Translations under genes and position numbers: made by a program
Source of the DNA: Euglena gracilis
Taxonomy: Eukaryota
Direction: 5' to 3'
Length of the DNA: 64,000 bases
Assembly (NCBI GenBank): GCA_039621445.1
Contig: CP154954.1
Span: 12,580,716-12,644,715, forward strand
Part shown: positions 1 through 33,168 of the stretch, one piece after another
Numbering within the stretch: the stretch's first letter is position 1
Layout: the number at the start of each line of letters is the position of its first letter
Notes under the pieces: generated by a model
What the model was told of the DNA's origin: nothing
What the model saw: only the letters and a program-made list of their open reading frames with translations
Databases searched by the model: none

Positions 1-3000
1 GCAGGGGGCCCCCCAGGGGGGGGGGGGGCTCAGCCGGACCCCCCCCCAGGGGACCTCCCGGGGGGAGGTCCCAGGACGGAGGCCTGGGTGTAGGTTTTTA
101 ACTTTTTTGTGAGAAATGTTTTTAATAATGGCCCAATTTTTACGGGCCCCCCCGGGGTCCCTTGGGGGACTTTAAAAGAGGTTTGGCTGTCGTTCCGTAA
201 CTGTTGCATTTCCTTTTCTTGGTGTGGGATGTGAGTTTTTGACTTCGTTCAGAGGTGAGTGAGTGGGTTCCAGCCGAACTGCCTGCTGACCTGTCTGTTT
301 ATACCATTAACTTTTTTTTCTGTATTTGCTTAATTGTTTGGGGGATCATTGGTCACCACAGCTGCAAGGTCTGTTCCTCCCTACCCCTGGCTGGTGAGAC
401 ACCAGAATTGTTTCAAAAAAGTCAAAATCCAAAATTTTTTTGCCATTTGTCGCTTCAGCTGGAGCTCACCTTTTTCCAGCCTCGGTCCCCCAACGGCGTG
501 GTTGGGCCCAGACGATCAGGGATGCCTTCTGCTCTCGCAGCATTATGCCCCCCCGATGGCACCCTTCGCCAGGACGGACCCATTACCCCCCATCGCAGCC
601 CCGCAATCGTTCCGCTCTAACCCTTGGGCCGCGGCGCAGCGACCGCAGCCGCGGGCCTAGAGGAGCAGCGAGGCCCCTCCTTTCGCCCGCTGCCTGTCGG
701 AAAGCTTCGCGGGTCCAATTCCCTGGCCGTTTCAAGGGGTGCAATTACTTGTGCCCCCCCCCCCCCTGTCCGACCACCCCCTGGTGCGTTTACCACAAAT
801 CATTGGTCATAAGCCAAGAAGAGAGGCGCCTGCTGCGTCTCTGGATTCACCAATATATTTCATTAGAAAGTGTGTGCAGCAAGTATGCTGGTCAAGTGCA
901 GATGAGACCAACGGTGCAGTCCGTAGTTGGGGCGTCAAAAACAATCCGCTCCAGTGTACCTTTTGCACTCCGTTCGCCCGCACCTTGCTGATTCCCCGCT
1001 TCGGTCTTCATCTGTGGTTGATGCCTCCTTCCCCTCTGCAAGTTTCCATTATCTTTTTGGTGGCTACACCCGACACCCACATATTTGGGCAATCTTTGAA
1101 AAGAACGATCATTGAACGTTTGTAAATCAGTACAATGATGAAGCAAAGCATTTTGAATTTTTTTTGTGGTGCTAATTTTATTTGGGCACATTTTCTTCGG
1201 GCCTTCAGAATTTGGGCACGTGATTTCCTCCCATTCAAAATTGTGGGTTCTCCATCACTCCGTCCGCTTGAACCACTCCACGCACCAGGCTGCAATAATA
1301 CCTACATCTTTAATCCTTCCAGGAGCTGGCCTGCCCTCATCATCGGCGATCCCTTCTTCTTGCGCCATTGTACGTTGTACTGGCCAGGACACCCGGACAA
1401 TCCACTAATATTTTTGAGCTTCTGGCTTGCAACGTTAGGGGGGAGGGGAGGCGGCTACATTCGTGTGCGCATGAAAAATATGTCTGTTCAATTGTGTGTT
1501 TTTTTGGAGGCCAAAAGTGCTTCCAGTAGCTTTCAATGGCGTGGTTATGTGTTGCTGCTGAATCAGAAAGAGTGGTGTTTGAAGAGCCCTGGAGCACTGT
1601 GAACAATGCGGATGAGTAAGATCATATTATGTACATATTGCAAGCAAAGTCTTTTTTAGGGTTCGACTATTAAAAACAAGGTGTACTTTATTTTTGCAAG
1701 ATGTATGGTTTACGGCAGTTGAGTTAAATACCAAGTATTTGAAATTTTTCCCAGCGTTGTGTTTTCGGCAGTTTATTTGAATGTGTAATCTCGAAAAATT
1801 GTCACATAAAACTCTCCAAGAAATGTGAATAATTTTTTTTATGTTTGGTATGATGGCAAGCAAATTCTGCTTGTTTGTTGTTAACAGTTTTCCTTCTATC
1901 CCCCTGCTTGGTTCCCTTGTTGATCACATAGTTTGTGAGAGTCGACCTTGTCTTTGCAGTGTCTCCTTTCTTTCCCTGTAACTCAATGTCAGATGATGAG
2001 AGCGGTGAACGGGGTTTGTCACAACAGATTTGCCGTGTGCATGAGTCTTCGCCTTTTTTGATGGACATAATGAAACCACATTTGCATTCCAGGGCAACAG
2101 CTTTTTTTTTCCCAGAGACCCCAACAAACGGACGCAGACTCGCAGCCAAAGGTTATTTCAATACTCTTATCAATTTCAGATTTCAGACTTTTCTGCAATG
2201 AGAGCGATTTATATTTGTGTTTCTTAGGCCTTCTATATGCACAGAGCAGTCCGATACACTACCCCAATATGGTGAAATCGAGGCCTGATTTTGCCTTTGA
2301 TGTCGGGATGGATGGGCCATGGCCAAGTTGACAGTCGGGGAGCATGTTAATTCACATGATGTGCATTTTGTGCACATCTAAAAATCTTGAAAATTTTATT
2401 TTATTTTTTTGCACATTTGAAGTGCCTTGTCCCCCCCCCCGGTCGTGCACATCCCCCGGCGGTGTTCCCAGTGGGTTCTCGAAACAGTCGCGGCAGCGGA
2501 AGTGGTGCCGGAAGAAAGAGCGGCAGAAGACATCGTCCCCGCGGCACCACCCACACCACCCGCCGTGCCAACACCTCCACCCGTGCCGTGGCCGACAATC
2601 TTGTGTCGTGGCAGACCAATCAACCACGTTGCATATATTCCACATTGCACAATGCCATTCCTCCCCAATGCCAAATATGGGCAGAATTTCAAGATCCGCA
2701 TGGGGCGGTTATACATTTTTCATGTTCATATTTTTTTGAATTTTCTATTTTGTCAGAAAATTCATCGACCTAAAGGTCACCATTTTCCTTTGCCTGAACG
2801 TTTCTCAGCTTTCTCATCTTTCTCATCTTTGACCATCTTGAAGCATATTTCAAATTTTTGGAGCATTTTGCTTCGACGCCTTTTGCTTTTTGAAACATGT
2901 GTGTGCTGTCCAAGAAATGGGAGAGCCCTGCATTTTGTAATCAAACCAAGGGCCCCGTTAGGGGCTATACATTTGCGCACCTGCATGGGTTTTTTATGAA

Positions 3001-3799
3001 CAATTTTCTGATTGTGCAGGTGTGGCCCGAGGGGAAAGGCGTGTGTATGCTTTGGGTACCCTCCGCAACTTTTGTTGTATCTTCCCAGCAACACTGAATC
3101 CTCTTCAGGTCGGCCCGCTCCTGCAGCATGTTTTTATTTTGCCATGAAATGTAGCGCGTAAATGTGGTACGTAAATGTAAACCTACGTATAAATGGATAA
3201 ATGTTTGTAAGTGTAGTGTGTTTTATTTAGGCATGAAATTTGGCATGTAAATGTGGTATTTAAATGTAAACCAACGTATAAATGGAAAAAATGTATGTAA
3301 ATGTGGTGTGTTTTTATTTGGACATGAAATGCAGCATGTAAATGTAGTATGTAAGTGTAAATAAAGGTATAAATGCCTAAAGGTGTGGTAATGTAGTGTG
3401 TTTTTATTTGTACATGGCCTGAAATGTCGCAGTGCGGCTTTCGGCTGTTTTTCCGCCGTCCCTCCCTAATGCAACCTGGCCACAGGACGGTCCCACCCTC
3501 CTCCCCTCGACCCCACCCTGCAGTGCGTGTGCTGTACCAAGCTGAGCCTCTACGTCCACGAGCAGGAGACGCCCCAGGACAGGGCGTCTCCTCATTTGGA
3601 GGGACCCCACCCTCTGGGGGGGCAGCCACCCAGCAGCCTGTTCCCGGACCCCGCTCTCCCCCTCGACTCACTGCTCGGCTGCCCAGTCTGCCAGCACCCT
3701 CAAAGAAAGCCCAACTCTTATCAAAAAATTCAAAATTTCAAAAATAAAAAGTTCAGTTTTTAAAAAGGAATTCGAAAAAATACCGCCTGTGAGCTGGAC

Positions 3800-4103
3800 C
3801 ATTCCGTTGCTCAAGATGCATCCGACCCGAACGGGTGACTGACTGGTTTTTTCGGAGTGACTGACTGCTTTTAGGCTCCGGACCCCCCCCTCCCCGGGGT
3901 GGGTCGGCCAGGATACCTGGGGCGAATATTTTTTGACCAAAATCCTTTGTATTTGGTCATTTATGGCCGAGTGACCAAAGTGACTGATCCCCCCCGGGGG
4001 GGGGAGAGGGCAGGAACTGGGTGACTGGTTTTTGAACAGTGGCTGACTGGTTTTTTGAAATTGGAAGAATACCCCCCTCCCCCGGGGGGTAAGCAATGGT
4101 ATG
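3800..4103. mobile_element. MITE family B, older copy
   Basis: CATTCCGTTGCTCA / TAAGCAATGGTATG with the same internal GTGACTG repeats; flanks AGCTGGAC / CGTTGCAC (5/8). Confidence 0.75.
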
Positions 4104-4121
4104 CGTTGCACCCCCCGGCAG

Positions 4122-9793
<5,672 letters not shown>

Positions 9794-11988
9794 GTACGTA
9801 GTGTTCCAGAAAGGGATGATGGCCACGCAGCTGAGTTGATAACATATAAATTCCGGTCAAAACTATCAAATATATTGAGGGGGGTGCATATCGGGCCCAG
9901 GCGCCCAACCGACCCCTCAAATAGCCTGCTAATTTTGATTTAATCCACCCCTTCCTGACCAATTGACACATGCCCACCACCCCAAGTGCTTCGGTGGGGA
10001 GGATGTCTCCTTTTTTAACTAGCCATCTTGGCTGAAGTTGGGGGCGGTGGCAGCCATCTGCGGAGTGCGTCAATACCGTAGTCTTATGGGCAAGGGATCC
10101 AGTGAGTTAGTTTCACCCAAAAGCAGGAAGTGGGGGCTGGTGGATTTCGTCCTGTGTGAATTACGTGCAGGATGCGTTGTGTTTCCCCGGTGTATTTTCC
10201 CAACACAGTTTGCTTTGATTTCAATCAAACTCTCAATGTGAGTATTCATTTTGAAGGCACATGTAAATTTTGTATTGTTATGGGTATTTTTTTTGTGCAC
10301 GGCCAAATTATGAATGGAGTCCATAATTTCGTAGTTCATCACAGCTTGCCTGAGAATTATTAATTTGATTCATTGAGTATAAACCTGGGATTGCATGATT
10401 CATCCAATGTTCCTTGCCTTTTTTGACCATATTCAATTTTAATAATATATTGCTCGTTGTTTCACCAATGAATCAGCTTAACCATGCGAGTGCATTTTTG
10501 CTTTCCTTTTTTTATTTCAATCCCGATCAAAGGTGGTGGATCAACTACTGCGTGCTCCAGACAAAGCACGCAGTATTAACGTTCGGCCTTCGGAATTGTG
10601 AGTTGTTCCCCGTCCCGTGGACCGCGGTGTTGGCTCCCCTGTGACGAATCCCCCGTTGGCATCTGCCAGCCTCGTCTGAAATGCCACATTGTCATCCCTT
10701 CCACCGGCGATGCAGCTGCAGTATAGCAATCAGCAAACAGCAAATCAGGAAAACAGGTATAACATTCAGCAAACAGCAAACCAGCAAAAAGGAAATCAGA
10801 ATCAGAAAAATCAGAAAGGATATAAAAATAAAAAAATGTTAGTTTTGAGCGTTGAGTTTGAGTATTGAGTCATGCAAATGAACGCCTGAATAATGAGATG
10901 GACGCTCATTGCAATGTTTTCTAGGTTGGAAAATCAATAGAAAACAAATATATGAGATAGGCTTTTTACATCCACCTGAAAGCGGTTACCTTCTTATTGG
11001 AAAACGTGTATTCACGAATTGTTCTGACACAATACCGAAAGATCAATGAACCTAGTTGCCCTATGAAATACAACAAGTCAGTCCCCACCGTTGCTGTCAG
11101 TCCCTACAGCTAATTGTTGTGTTGGCCCCTGTTCCAAAGCGAGGCTGCAGCCTCCAATTTGCTTTTATTTGCTCTATTTTTCTTTCGTGATGTGTCTGTC
11201 TGCCCGCCCCACCCGTCTCCCCCTCTTGGCCCATCCATTGACCCGTCCCCTGTTTTAACCCCCACTTGGTGCCGTACGTCGGGCCCATTCCGCTGCTTGT
11301 TGACGTTCCCGGAGGGGGAAAAGAGCTGATTAGCTTTTTCCCCTCCTTTGACGACAGGACCTTCCTGCGGGACGTATATTATACCAGTAGCGTTCACACG
11401 TATGTTAAACATATTGTTTTAATAAATACATGGATGTTATGTATAATATAGAGAGTAATGTATGCATACAACATGCAATGCATGCAAAGTAATATATAGT
11501 ATATATGTATATGTATAAATACAGTATACATATAATGTGTGTATATATACATGTATACATATACATATATACTAATACTAGCAGTTGTATGGACTTCTCC
11601 AAGGGACACACATAGTTCCAGGGGTCCTGACAGTTCCCATCTGGTCCAAACTTTTCGTTCCATTTCGCCTGGGAAGCGTGGCGAAATTGCACGTTTTTTT
11701 GTCTGATTTTAGAGGATATGTGCATACTTATAGGAATGGGGTTAGGCTGGGATTGACGGGCCGAAAACTGCCCACGATTATGAAGACCGGAAGTTAGGTG
11801 GCCGGTTGGGAAGATTTAACCCGTTTTGCCCAAAGAATTGCTGGAATTTGGCCTAAATTCTCCCCAAAATGCTCCAGAATGCGGCCTAACCTCTCCCTAA
11901 ATTCCCAACAATGAGATCCCCACGGCAATTGGGCCGGGACCCAAACCCTAACCCAGAAAATAAACACCGACTGTCCCCGAAAGTGGGT

Positions 11989-12038
<50 letters not shown>

Positions 12039-15000
12039 ATGCCACTGGTATATACACAGGCGAGTGCTGCCGTTGAAGAATAGATATGGCAACCAGTAAC
12101 CACATGGACACCCTCCCGGGAATTCCAGATAGCTCCTCCAGGGGAGGGGGGTCCAAATAATTCCACCTGTCATGCACACATACCCAAACACACAGTGGTT
12201 GGGGTTGGGTGGTTCGATGTGTGTGTTCACTCTTTGGGATCGTGTAGGTGAGTTCTCCAGGAAAATGGGACGGTGGGTTTAGGTTGGGAAAGGACCTTTC
12301 CGGGGGTGTTTCTGAATGAATCTCTGGTGGGTGATTTTCGTGGACTGCTGTGGTTGGGGACCATGGAACAATACTGGATTCCCCCGAAAACCGTCCCATG
12401 CATTGAAAAATAGCTGCGCATTTTACAACCCCTCTGTGGTCTTCTCAAAAATATCGCCCTTAATAATGCCAGAGTTGACGTTGCATATTAATTCATTAAG
12501 TGCCTCCTGTGAGCACCAAAAGATATATCTTTTGTTGTTTGCCCCCCCATAGGCAAGCACTGGTGTGGTGAGGCCACTTCTGCTGGCCTCGTATATGTAT
12601 ACCAGCCAAGTGCAGCCTTGACTGTCCCGGCAGTATGCTGCTGTGCCATGGTGTTATTCTGGTTCTGGGTCAGATGAGAATGACATATGGAGGTGGTGTT
12701 TTTGGTTATGATAAAATGCGGTGAAAATTTTCACCACATGTGGAGTTGGAAGAGAAAGGAATATGCACAATTTACCACTACCAACATACACAAGAATACC
12801 ACACATTTTTCCCGACAAAAAATGTGTGAGGAAAACAGGGTTGTTCTGCGGGAAGGTATCCAGCAGTTTTTCGCCAACTACCCCGGCTCAATGCCCCCGC
12901 TTCGTGCCCCCCAATTTGCCCAACTCCCAAAGTTGGCCCTCGGCCTGTTGGAGCAAAAATGGTCCGTCCGGCCAAGGAGCCAAGGGTGGGCGGGTGGGTG
13001 CCTCACCAGCCGCAGCCAGTCAAAATCTGAGTTGCTCCGACCAGAAAATAAATCACAATCAAACGCCTGAACAAAGAACAAGGCCTGACCCACACCCACA
13101 GCATAGGGCGAGGAATCGGGTGTGTATCAAACTGGTTCCGACAGAATACGGCGGTCAACATACTCAGGCGTTTCTGGGCCATCTTCCGGAATCCGCCCCA
13201 ATTATCTGGCTTCCACTTTCTGAATGGTTGTCTTCCAAGCCTTGTGAAAGAAACCATCCAAATGTTGGGAATACAGGACAAGGCAAACAAGGTACCCATG
13301 GCCTGGGGTCCGTGTCACACAGCCCGCAGCTACCACACGAACACACTGTCTGCTTGACGCCCTCCTCTTGGGAGGAGGCGGAGCGGCCACCCCGGATCTC
13401 CAAAGAGGCATGCCCGTTCGGCGTGCGAACCTTCTCGGCCCTCCACCCCTGGGCCTGTGCTACCTCCCCTCCCCTGACTAAGCACCCCCTTTTTCTTCCC
13501 CAGCGTTTTAAAGTTCATCTTGTTGGGGAGGTTTATTTTGTGTGCCTTTTTGAGAGAAATTCCTCGAAATTTTCGAATTTTTAAAATTTTCTGAAGCCTG
13601 ATTTGGAAGATATTGTTAACAATTGGTTTTTGTATCCAAATGCCTGCAAATGCAACAGTGAGCCAAATTAAGGGAATTTTACTTTTTTGGTGCGAAGCAC
13701 CGGTTTTTTCTTACAGAAAAAAATATCTTGGCACGCCTCCCCTGGTTCTTGCCCGTCATTTCCGGTTCTCAGACAGGGGGGTGTTGGAATTAGGTTGTAA
13801 AAAATATTTCTGGGATTGGCGGCAATTGTCTGGTGTTTTTCTTTTACACCTGCAAATGAAGAAGTTAAAAAAGAATTTGGGTTTTTGGTCAATTCTGCTG
13901 GGTTCGAAAATTTGGGTCCATCAAAAGGGCATAAGATTCGAACATCCAACCTCCAATTCACTTTTTTTTCAATATATTTTTGCTAGAAACCACCAAGGGC
14001 TTAATTTTTATTGTTTTCTTTGACCAACTCCGGCCTTAAAACGAATTTGTATTTATTTTTTTGTGTTGGGGCTCCCAAGAACAAGAAATTTCTTACTCCG
14101 ACTCCTGTCCCCAATTTGCTTTTTATGGACGTGATTAACATGTTTTATGTGATTTGTCGTCTGGATGGTCTCCTACAAATCAGGATTTAGGTAGTTTTTT
14201 TATATTTTTTTTCTCCACCTCTGCGTTAATGTAAAAAAGGGTGATGCTCTTGTGTCACCACACCAACCCAGAATTTTTTCTAGTTGTCGTGACGTGGGGG
14301 GTGGGCGGGTCCCCGGGTCGGCCCGAGTGGGTATCCCCAGAGGCAGGATTTTCTTCTATTTCAGCGTGAACCGCTGAAGAAAAATTTGGACCCCAAAATT
14401 GACCCCCCCCCCAAAAGTGGGTCCACCAACTCCCCCCTCCCCCCCCCCCAGGGGACCCCAGTGGTTGGGTCTGGACGCACCCCAGGTGCTCTCTCCCCCC
14501 AACAGACGCGGGACATTTGTTCAATTTCGTTCAATCCAAGCGGTCCTATTGGCTGGCTCCCGTTCAGCCACGTCCACTCCCTTCGGCAGCGCCGGCCCTC
14601 TGGCGGACCACCACTGACCCTTTGGCTGCCATAGGCAGCCACTCCCGGACGAACGCTTTCCTGAAACCAGGAGGGGGGAGTGTCTGCCCAAGCCTGGTCA
14701 CGTAGTTGCCAACGGCGATGAGGGAAATGAAAATTTATAAAATAAAATAAAATGATTTTATTTTTATTGATTATTTTGATTGATTTTATTGAAGCGTGTA
14801 ATGTCTTTCAAGGGGAACCGCGGCAATTTGTGTTCTGGAGGCTCTTTCGTCAACTTTTCATCATTGGTTAGGCACCTCAGGAAAGCCTTCCCGGATGCCT
14901 AGAACACCTCCGACTGCTGTGTGGACCAGCGGGTTGTCGCATTTTCGGGCATGCCCGTCTGCTACAACAGCAACCATCTTTATTTTATGATTTTTACTTT

Positions 15001-17243
15001 GTATGCTTTTCACATTCTGCATTTTTTTTTGCATGTGACGGCACCCATCAACAGAGTTCACCCAACACAGTTCACAACAGTGTTTACCCATGGAATCCTT
15101 GCCTTACACACACGTAGGGATTTTGTTATTGATGGCGGGCTGTGCGAGGGAGGGCGACTGCCCCCCCCCCCCCACCAGGAGGCCGTTGGCCGACTAATTT
15201 CATTTGAGTTTTGGTCTGGGTCACGGTGCACCGCTGGTTTTGCCATTTTTCAATTATTTTTTAAATATGGGACGTTTTTTGAGAGTTTCTAGGTCATCCT
15301 GGAGCACTTCCATCAATTTGAAACCAAATTCAATTTGAGGGCGGGCGGGCTTAATTTTTAATTTCAAAGAAGGGGGTATTGTACAATGTGGTACAGTGTT
15401 TTTTTGGATGAAAAGTATTTGCATGTACAGTATAATATTGATCGAGCAAAGGAAGCAATGAGAAATAGTGTGTAATGAATACATTTTTCCTAAAGCACTC
15501 ATTGCACATTTGACGTCTGGCAGAGAAGTGTACATCCCAGGGGATGTACAAAGAATTTATTTCCGATTTACATTTTTGAATTTTTTTGCATTTTTGTGGT
15601 AATTTGTTTTGGCATCAAGAGCCCCTCTTCTTCAACTTATGCAAATGTTGCCTAAAATCTTCCACGTGCTAACGTTCATATGGGCATGCCGCCAGCCCCT
15701 GCCATCACAGCATTGGTCGCGCGAAAGCAGCGCCAGTCAGGGGTTTACTCAACGACCCCGGGAGTGTTCCTGTGGATTGTACCCCCAAAATGTGGTCGCA
15801 GACGGTCAAGCAATGTATGTCAGTGAAGGTTGTGCACGTTTCCGCCTCAAAATGTTTTTGGATAAGAAACCCAATCCACCTGGATTCGGGCTCTTTTTGG
15901 CGCCAGCCAGGCCTCGCCCGGGCTGCCAACTGGGACAAGTCGGCGGGCCAACTGCCAAGTTTGCATGTTAATAATTGCGAGGCTAAATTCCTAAAGCCTA
16001 GAGGGGGGGGCAAGGTCAAAAGCTGGGGGGCTAAGTTTGTATGCAATGAGCAGGCGGGCCAAGCGCCTGGCGTTTGGCACTTCGCTCCGCCAGACTGGGC
16101 TAAAGTCACCCTTGCTTTGTATCAACAGACACGTGCTCTCTGAAACCCAATGGCTGGTGGGGGGGTCGACCCCCCCACCTGTCCTTGTGGGGAGGGAGGC
16201 CCTGGTGGGGAGCCCGCCCCCCCATGGCACTGCGTGGGCACTGCGTGGCACTGTAAGGCCCCACTAGGCAGAACCACGCTTTCCGCATGTTTCAGAAAGG
16301 CGGATTTCCACCTTCCGAAAATTTCAAAATGTTAAAGGGGATGCCCACCCCGCAGTGCCGGAATTGCATGGAACTTCAGCCCGTTTTATCCGCATGCGAG
16401 CACCTTGAATGATTTACCGCATTTTTTTGGCCACTGCTCGATACTTCCAGCCAGAAGTGGTCAAATTGGCCCAAGGAGGCAAAAAGTCGCACAAAACGAC
16501 CAGAGTCAGTGAGCCAATGAGGCAAAAACAAGTTGTTTAACGGCCTGCAGTGCCGCGCAGTGCCATGTAATGCCACGCAGTGCCATGCAGTGCCACGCAG
16601 TGCCCACACATTGCACTAATTTGTGGGCATTTTCCTTGCACACAAATTTAATTTTTCCTTGTCCAGGTTCTGCAGTGGGTGGGACCCGGCCTTCTCGTAC
16701 AGCCTATCCCCCCCCCCGGGTGTGGGGTAGGGGTAAGAAACCCCTGTCCCCACGTCCGCTACTGGACTCTGGCCAATCCCTCGCCAGGGGGTGGCTATTT
16801 TTGTCTGGTACATCATGTTTTGTTTTGTCATGTTTTCACATGGCCATCCATCCTCGGGAAAAATTCCTGGACTTTTTCAGTGGGTGGGCAAGACTGTTTG
16901 ATTTCTCAGGTGGTGTTGATGGGATTAATTTACTTGAAATTTCTTGCTTGTTACTGAGACGTAAGTGTGGACAATACATCCCCACTTTTTTGAAAAGATG
17001 TTTTTGTGACTTTCTCGAAGTTTCTGGGGGTTTTTATGCATTAATTTTTGCTGTTGCTTTTCTCGGAGAATATGCATGTAAATTTATGCTGCAAAGAAGA
17101 AATGAAGCCCATTCCAAAAAAAAATGCCAAAATGCACCCGCTTTCAAAGTTTATGCAAATTTTTTTTCTGCCTCCGGTGTAGGTGTGAGCTGTCCTGATA
17201 CCCCTTAAGGTCCTTGTCTTTGGCCACAATATATAAGCATCCA

Positions 17244-17474
17244 CATATTCTAAATGCCCCTTCCGAGGGGGGGCATTTAGAGTTTGCAGGGGGTCAAAAT
17301 AGTCTTTTTGTGTTAATGATGGAATAGGGTTAGGTGCGCGACTTAGGGTGTTAGGTGTACAAGTTAGGCCTAACCCTAACCTAAGTTGCGCACCTAACCC
17401 TATTCCATCATTAACACAAAAAAGAGTTAACTGCCGACACTCTAAATGCCCTCCGGGGGGGCATTTAGAATATG
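17244..17474. mobile_element. Foldback element with telomere-like TTAGG(G)/CCTAA core
   Basis: Termini CATATTCTAAATGCCCC / GGGGCATTTAGAATATG; inner 43-bp arms 17305-17347 / 17380-17422. Confidence 0.7.
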
Positions 17475-18856
17475 GCTGCCATATATATTATATGTGTGTA
17501 TACATGTAATTTTAAATTGACATATAAGCATAAACATTTAAATTCCCCTTATCTTCTCTGTCCCCTTGCTTTGCAGTCGACCACGGAGAGTTCCACTGCG
17601 CATATTATACCGCTGAGAGAACGTCCCTCAATCATTTCCCAGTTATCTGGCTCTTGTTTTGGCTTCATCCCTCTTCGCTTTGATCTGCAAAAGCATTTTT
17701 CCCCACCTTGAGGAGCTTTGTGAAGCCGTAGGGGGGGAACTTCCTGTTGCACAGAAACAGGTTTGCAAAGACTTTTTTAACTGGAATATTTAATTTCGTA
17801 TGGGAAAAGACTTCAACGTAAAATATTTCACAAATGTCATTCTGCAATTATGATATGAAGGCCCCATTTGAACCAAATTTTTTACCTCACTGGTTAATAC
17901 CTTGTTCCATAAGATGCTCCAGAGAAGTGCCACTTTAACAAAATCAACAAAAACGAAGAGTGCACCACAACAAGGGCAGCCAAATCAATGCGCTCCGGCT
18001 CTGAATGCAAGCTTTGTTGGACGTGCAGGAGCTTTCACTCCTCCCCTGGAATTAGGGAGGGCGGACGTTCCGATACCCACCAATATTGTTGTACATTAGT
18101 TGACGACTTTCCTGAGTTTTTGTTTGTGTTTGTGCTTGTGCGCGAAAGATCAAGGATCATCTTGCTGATTTGTCAGCTCTGTTTATTTGTTTTATGGGTA
18201 CATGGGTGTGCAGATAAATGATATCAGTCAATAATCATTCACAGTTCGCTGATTACAATTGCACAAGTCACTGTTACAATTGCAGATTTGTTGTAATTTT
18301 TTTTTTCACAGCAAGTGTGTTGTAGAAATTTCATTGTATTTTTACCTGAGCCGTGAAGTACTACTCACTCACAGGTCTCAAAGAACATGTATTCTTTCTT
18401 TGTTGTGTTTCTTTGTTATGTGAAGAAAATCGGGGGTTTCAAAACTGTACCCAGCTTCCAATTTTTATTGAGGGCCACCCATTGCCTTTGCCAGCCTTGA
18501 CAGAAAGGGTTCGCAGTATCCCCCCCCCCCTGGCTGGACTGCAGCTGGTCCAAATTTGTCCAGTGGCATTTTAAGTGGACCCCGGAGGGGGGGATCCGCT
18601 GGCAGGGCTAGCTAGTGAAAGTTTTTGTTACAGTTGCTGGCGCGAAGTGCCGAAAAGAATTTTGGGACCCCCAAAACTGGCCAAATGCCCACAATTGGCC
18701 ATTTTTAGGATTTTTTTGGAACAAAGTCTGCCAAAAACCCGTTAAAATCTCATTTCTACCTCGGGGCACAGCACCAGAGGGATTTTTTTTTTCAGTCGGA
18801 GGAACCCCTGGACCCCCCCCCCCCTGGAACCGGGGCGACAGCGATCGCACACCAAT

Positions 18857-19138
18857 CAAGGATGGATATTGGATATCGGCCCATATCGGGTTTATCGAAT
18901 ATCTTGAATTTATCGGAGTTTATCCGAAAAAAACATCGTGAAATATCGGCTTTATTGGGGGGGGTATTTTTTTGTTGTATTTTGGGTGATTTTGGTATTC
19001 TCCAAATCACGAAACTGAGGATATCGGGGCACAAAAGGATCATATCGGTTTTATCGACTTTTATCGACAATATCGGGGTGCCAATCTATCCAAATTTATC
19101 GAGACTGCCCCAAAAACCAATATCAAGATCCATCCTTG
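18857..19138. mobile_element. MITE with ATATCGG internal repeats, 7-bp TSD
   Basis: TIR CAAGGATGGAT / ATCCATCCTTG; TSD CACCAAT on both sides. Confidence 0.85.
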
Positions 19139-19284
19139 CACCAATCAAGCCAGGAAGCGGACCTGTCGGGTGATCACCTGCGCATGGTGGATCTTCAACC
19201 TGCCCCATGAAGTTGGCCGCGACCACTCTGGATTGTGTCAATTTGTTTGGTTTTATTCATGCGACGGGCGGTCCAACGGGAGTC

Positions 19285-19304
19285 GCTGCCCTCGTTCTCC
19301 CCAG
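19285..19304 (+). promoter_or_regulatory. Putative trans-splice acceptor of the PUF60-like gene
   Basis: CCCTCGTTCTCCCCAG ending about 40 nt upstream of ATG 19346. Confidence 0.4.
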
Positions 19305-19345
19305 CCATGCCCTGAGCCCTGTGCCCGTTGCCGCTCCCCATCCCC

Positions 19346-32714
<13,369 letters not shown>

Positions 32715-33121
32715 CTGGCGAACCCCACCCCCCACTCCCAACCTTCAATGTTGCACCCTCTCCTCAACCCGGCCTCCTCGCGTACCCCCTATCCAACCAC
32801 ACTGCCGGTCGTGTGCGGACAGTTGACCCTCGAATGAGCTCTGCCTGCGACTACCCATTGAATTGTGCTTCAACAAGATAACGGTCCGACAGCCGCTAGA
32901 CCCGCACAGTTCCCTGCCAGAGTGTCCATAACCCAAATCCGGCCGACTTCCCATGCCGACTGCGAATTCCAGTCTGTGCTTGCCTCCGCAGCCTGCAACC
33001 TCAATCTCTTGGATGTTTATTAAGGGTGGCCTTGGTGTGGGCTGATGGGTTTCTCAACCTGCATGGAGTGGTGGAGCCAGACCTGGAAGCGCCCCATCAC
33101 GCCAACCACTCAGCAGAAGCA

Positions 33122-33166
33122 CACTCTCTTTTATTTTGTTACGTTTGTGTTATGCAATTTTTGCAG
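33122..33166 (+). promoter_or_regulatory. Putative spliced-leader trans-splice acceptor of Rab21
   Basis: T-rich tract ending TTTTTGCAG two bases before the ATG. SL trans-splicing is established in euglenozoans. A 5' UTR cis intron is not excluded. Confidence 0.55.
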
Positions 33167-33168
33167 CG

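Noticed and set aside
1134-2045. Box C-like ATGATGA motifs suggesting snoRNAs
   Set aside because: No convincing D box, terminal stem or rRNA-complementary guide could be identified by eye.
10033-17240. Scattered exon-like pieces (e.g. 10533-10598 WWINYCVLQTKHAVLTFGLRN|gtgagt)
   Set aside because: Possibly real exons of the F-box gene or of another gene, but I could not link them in frame with confidence.
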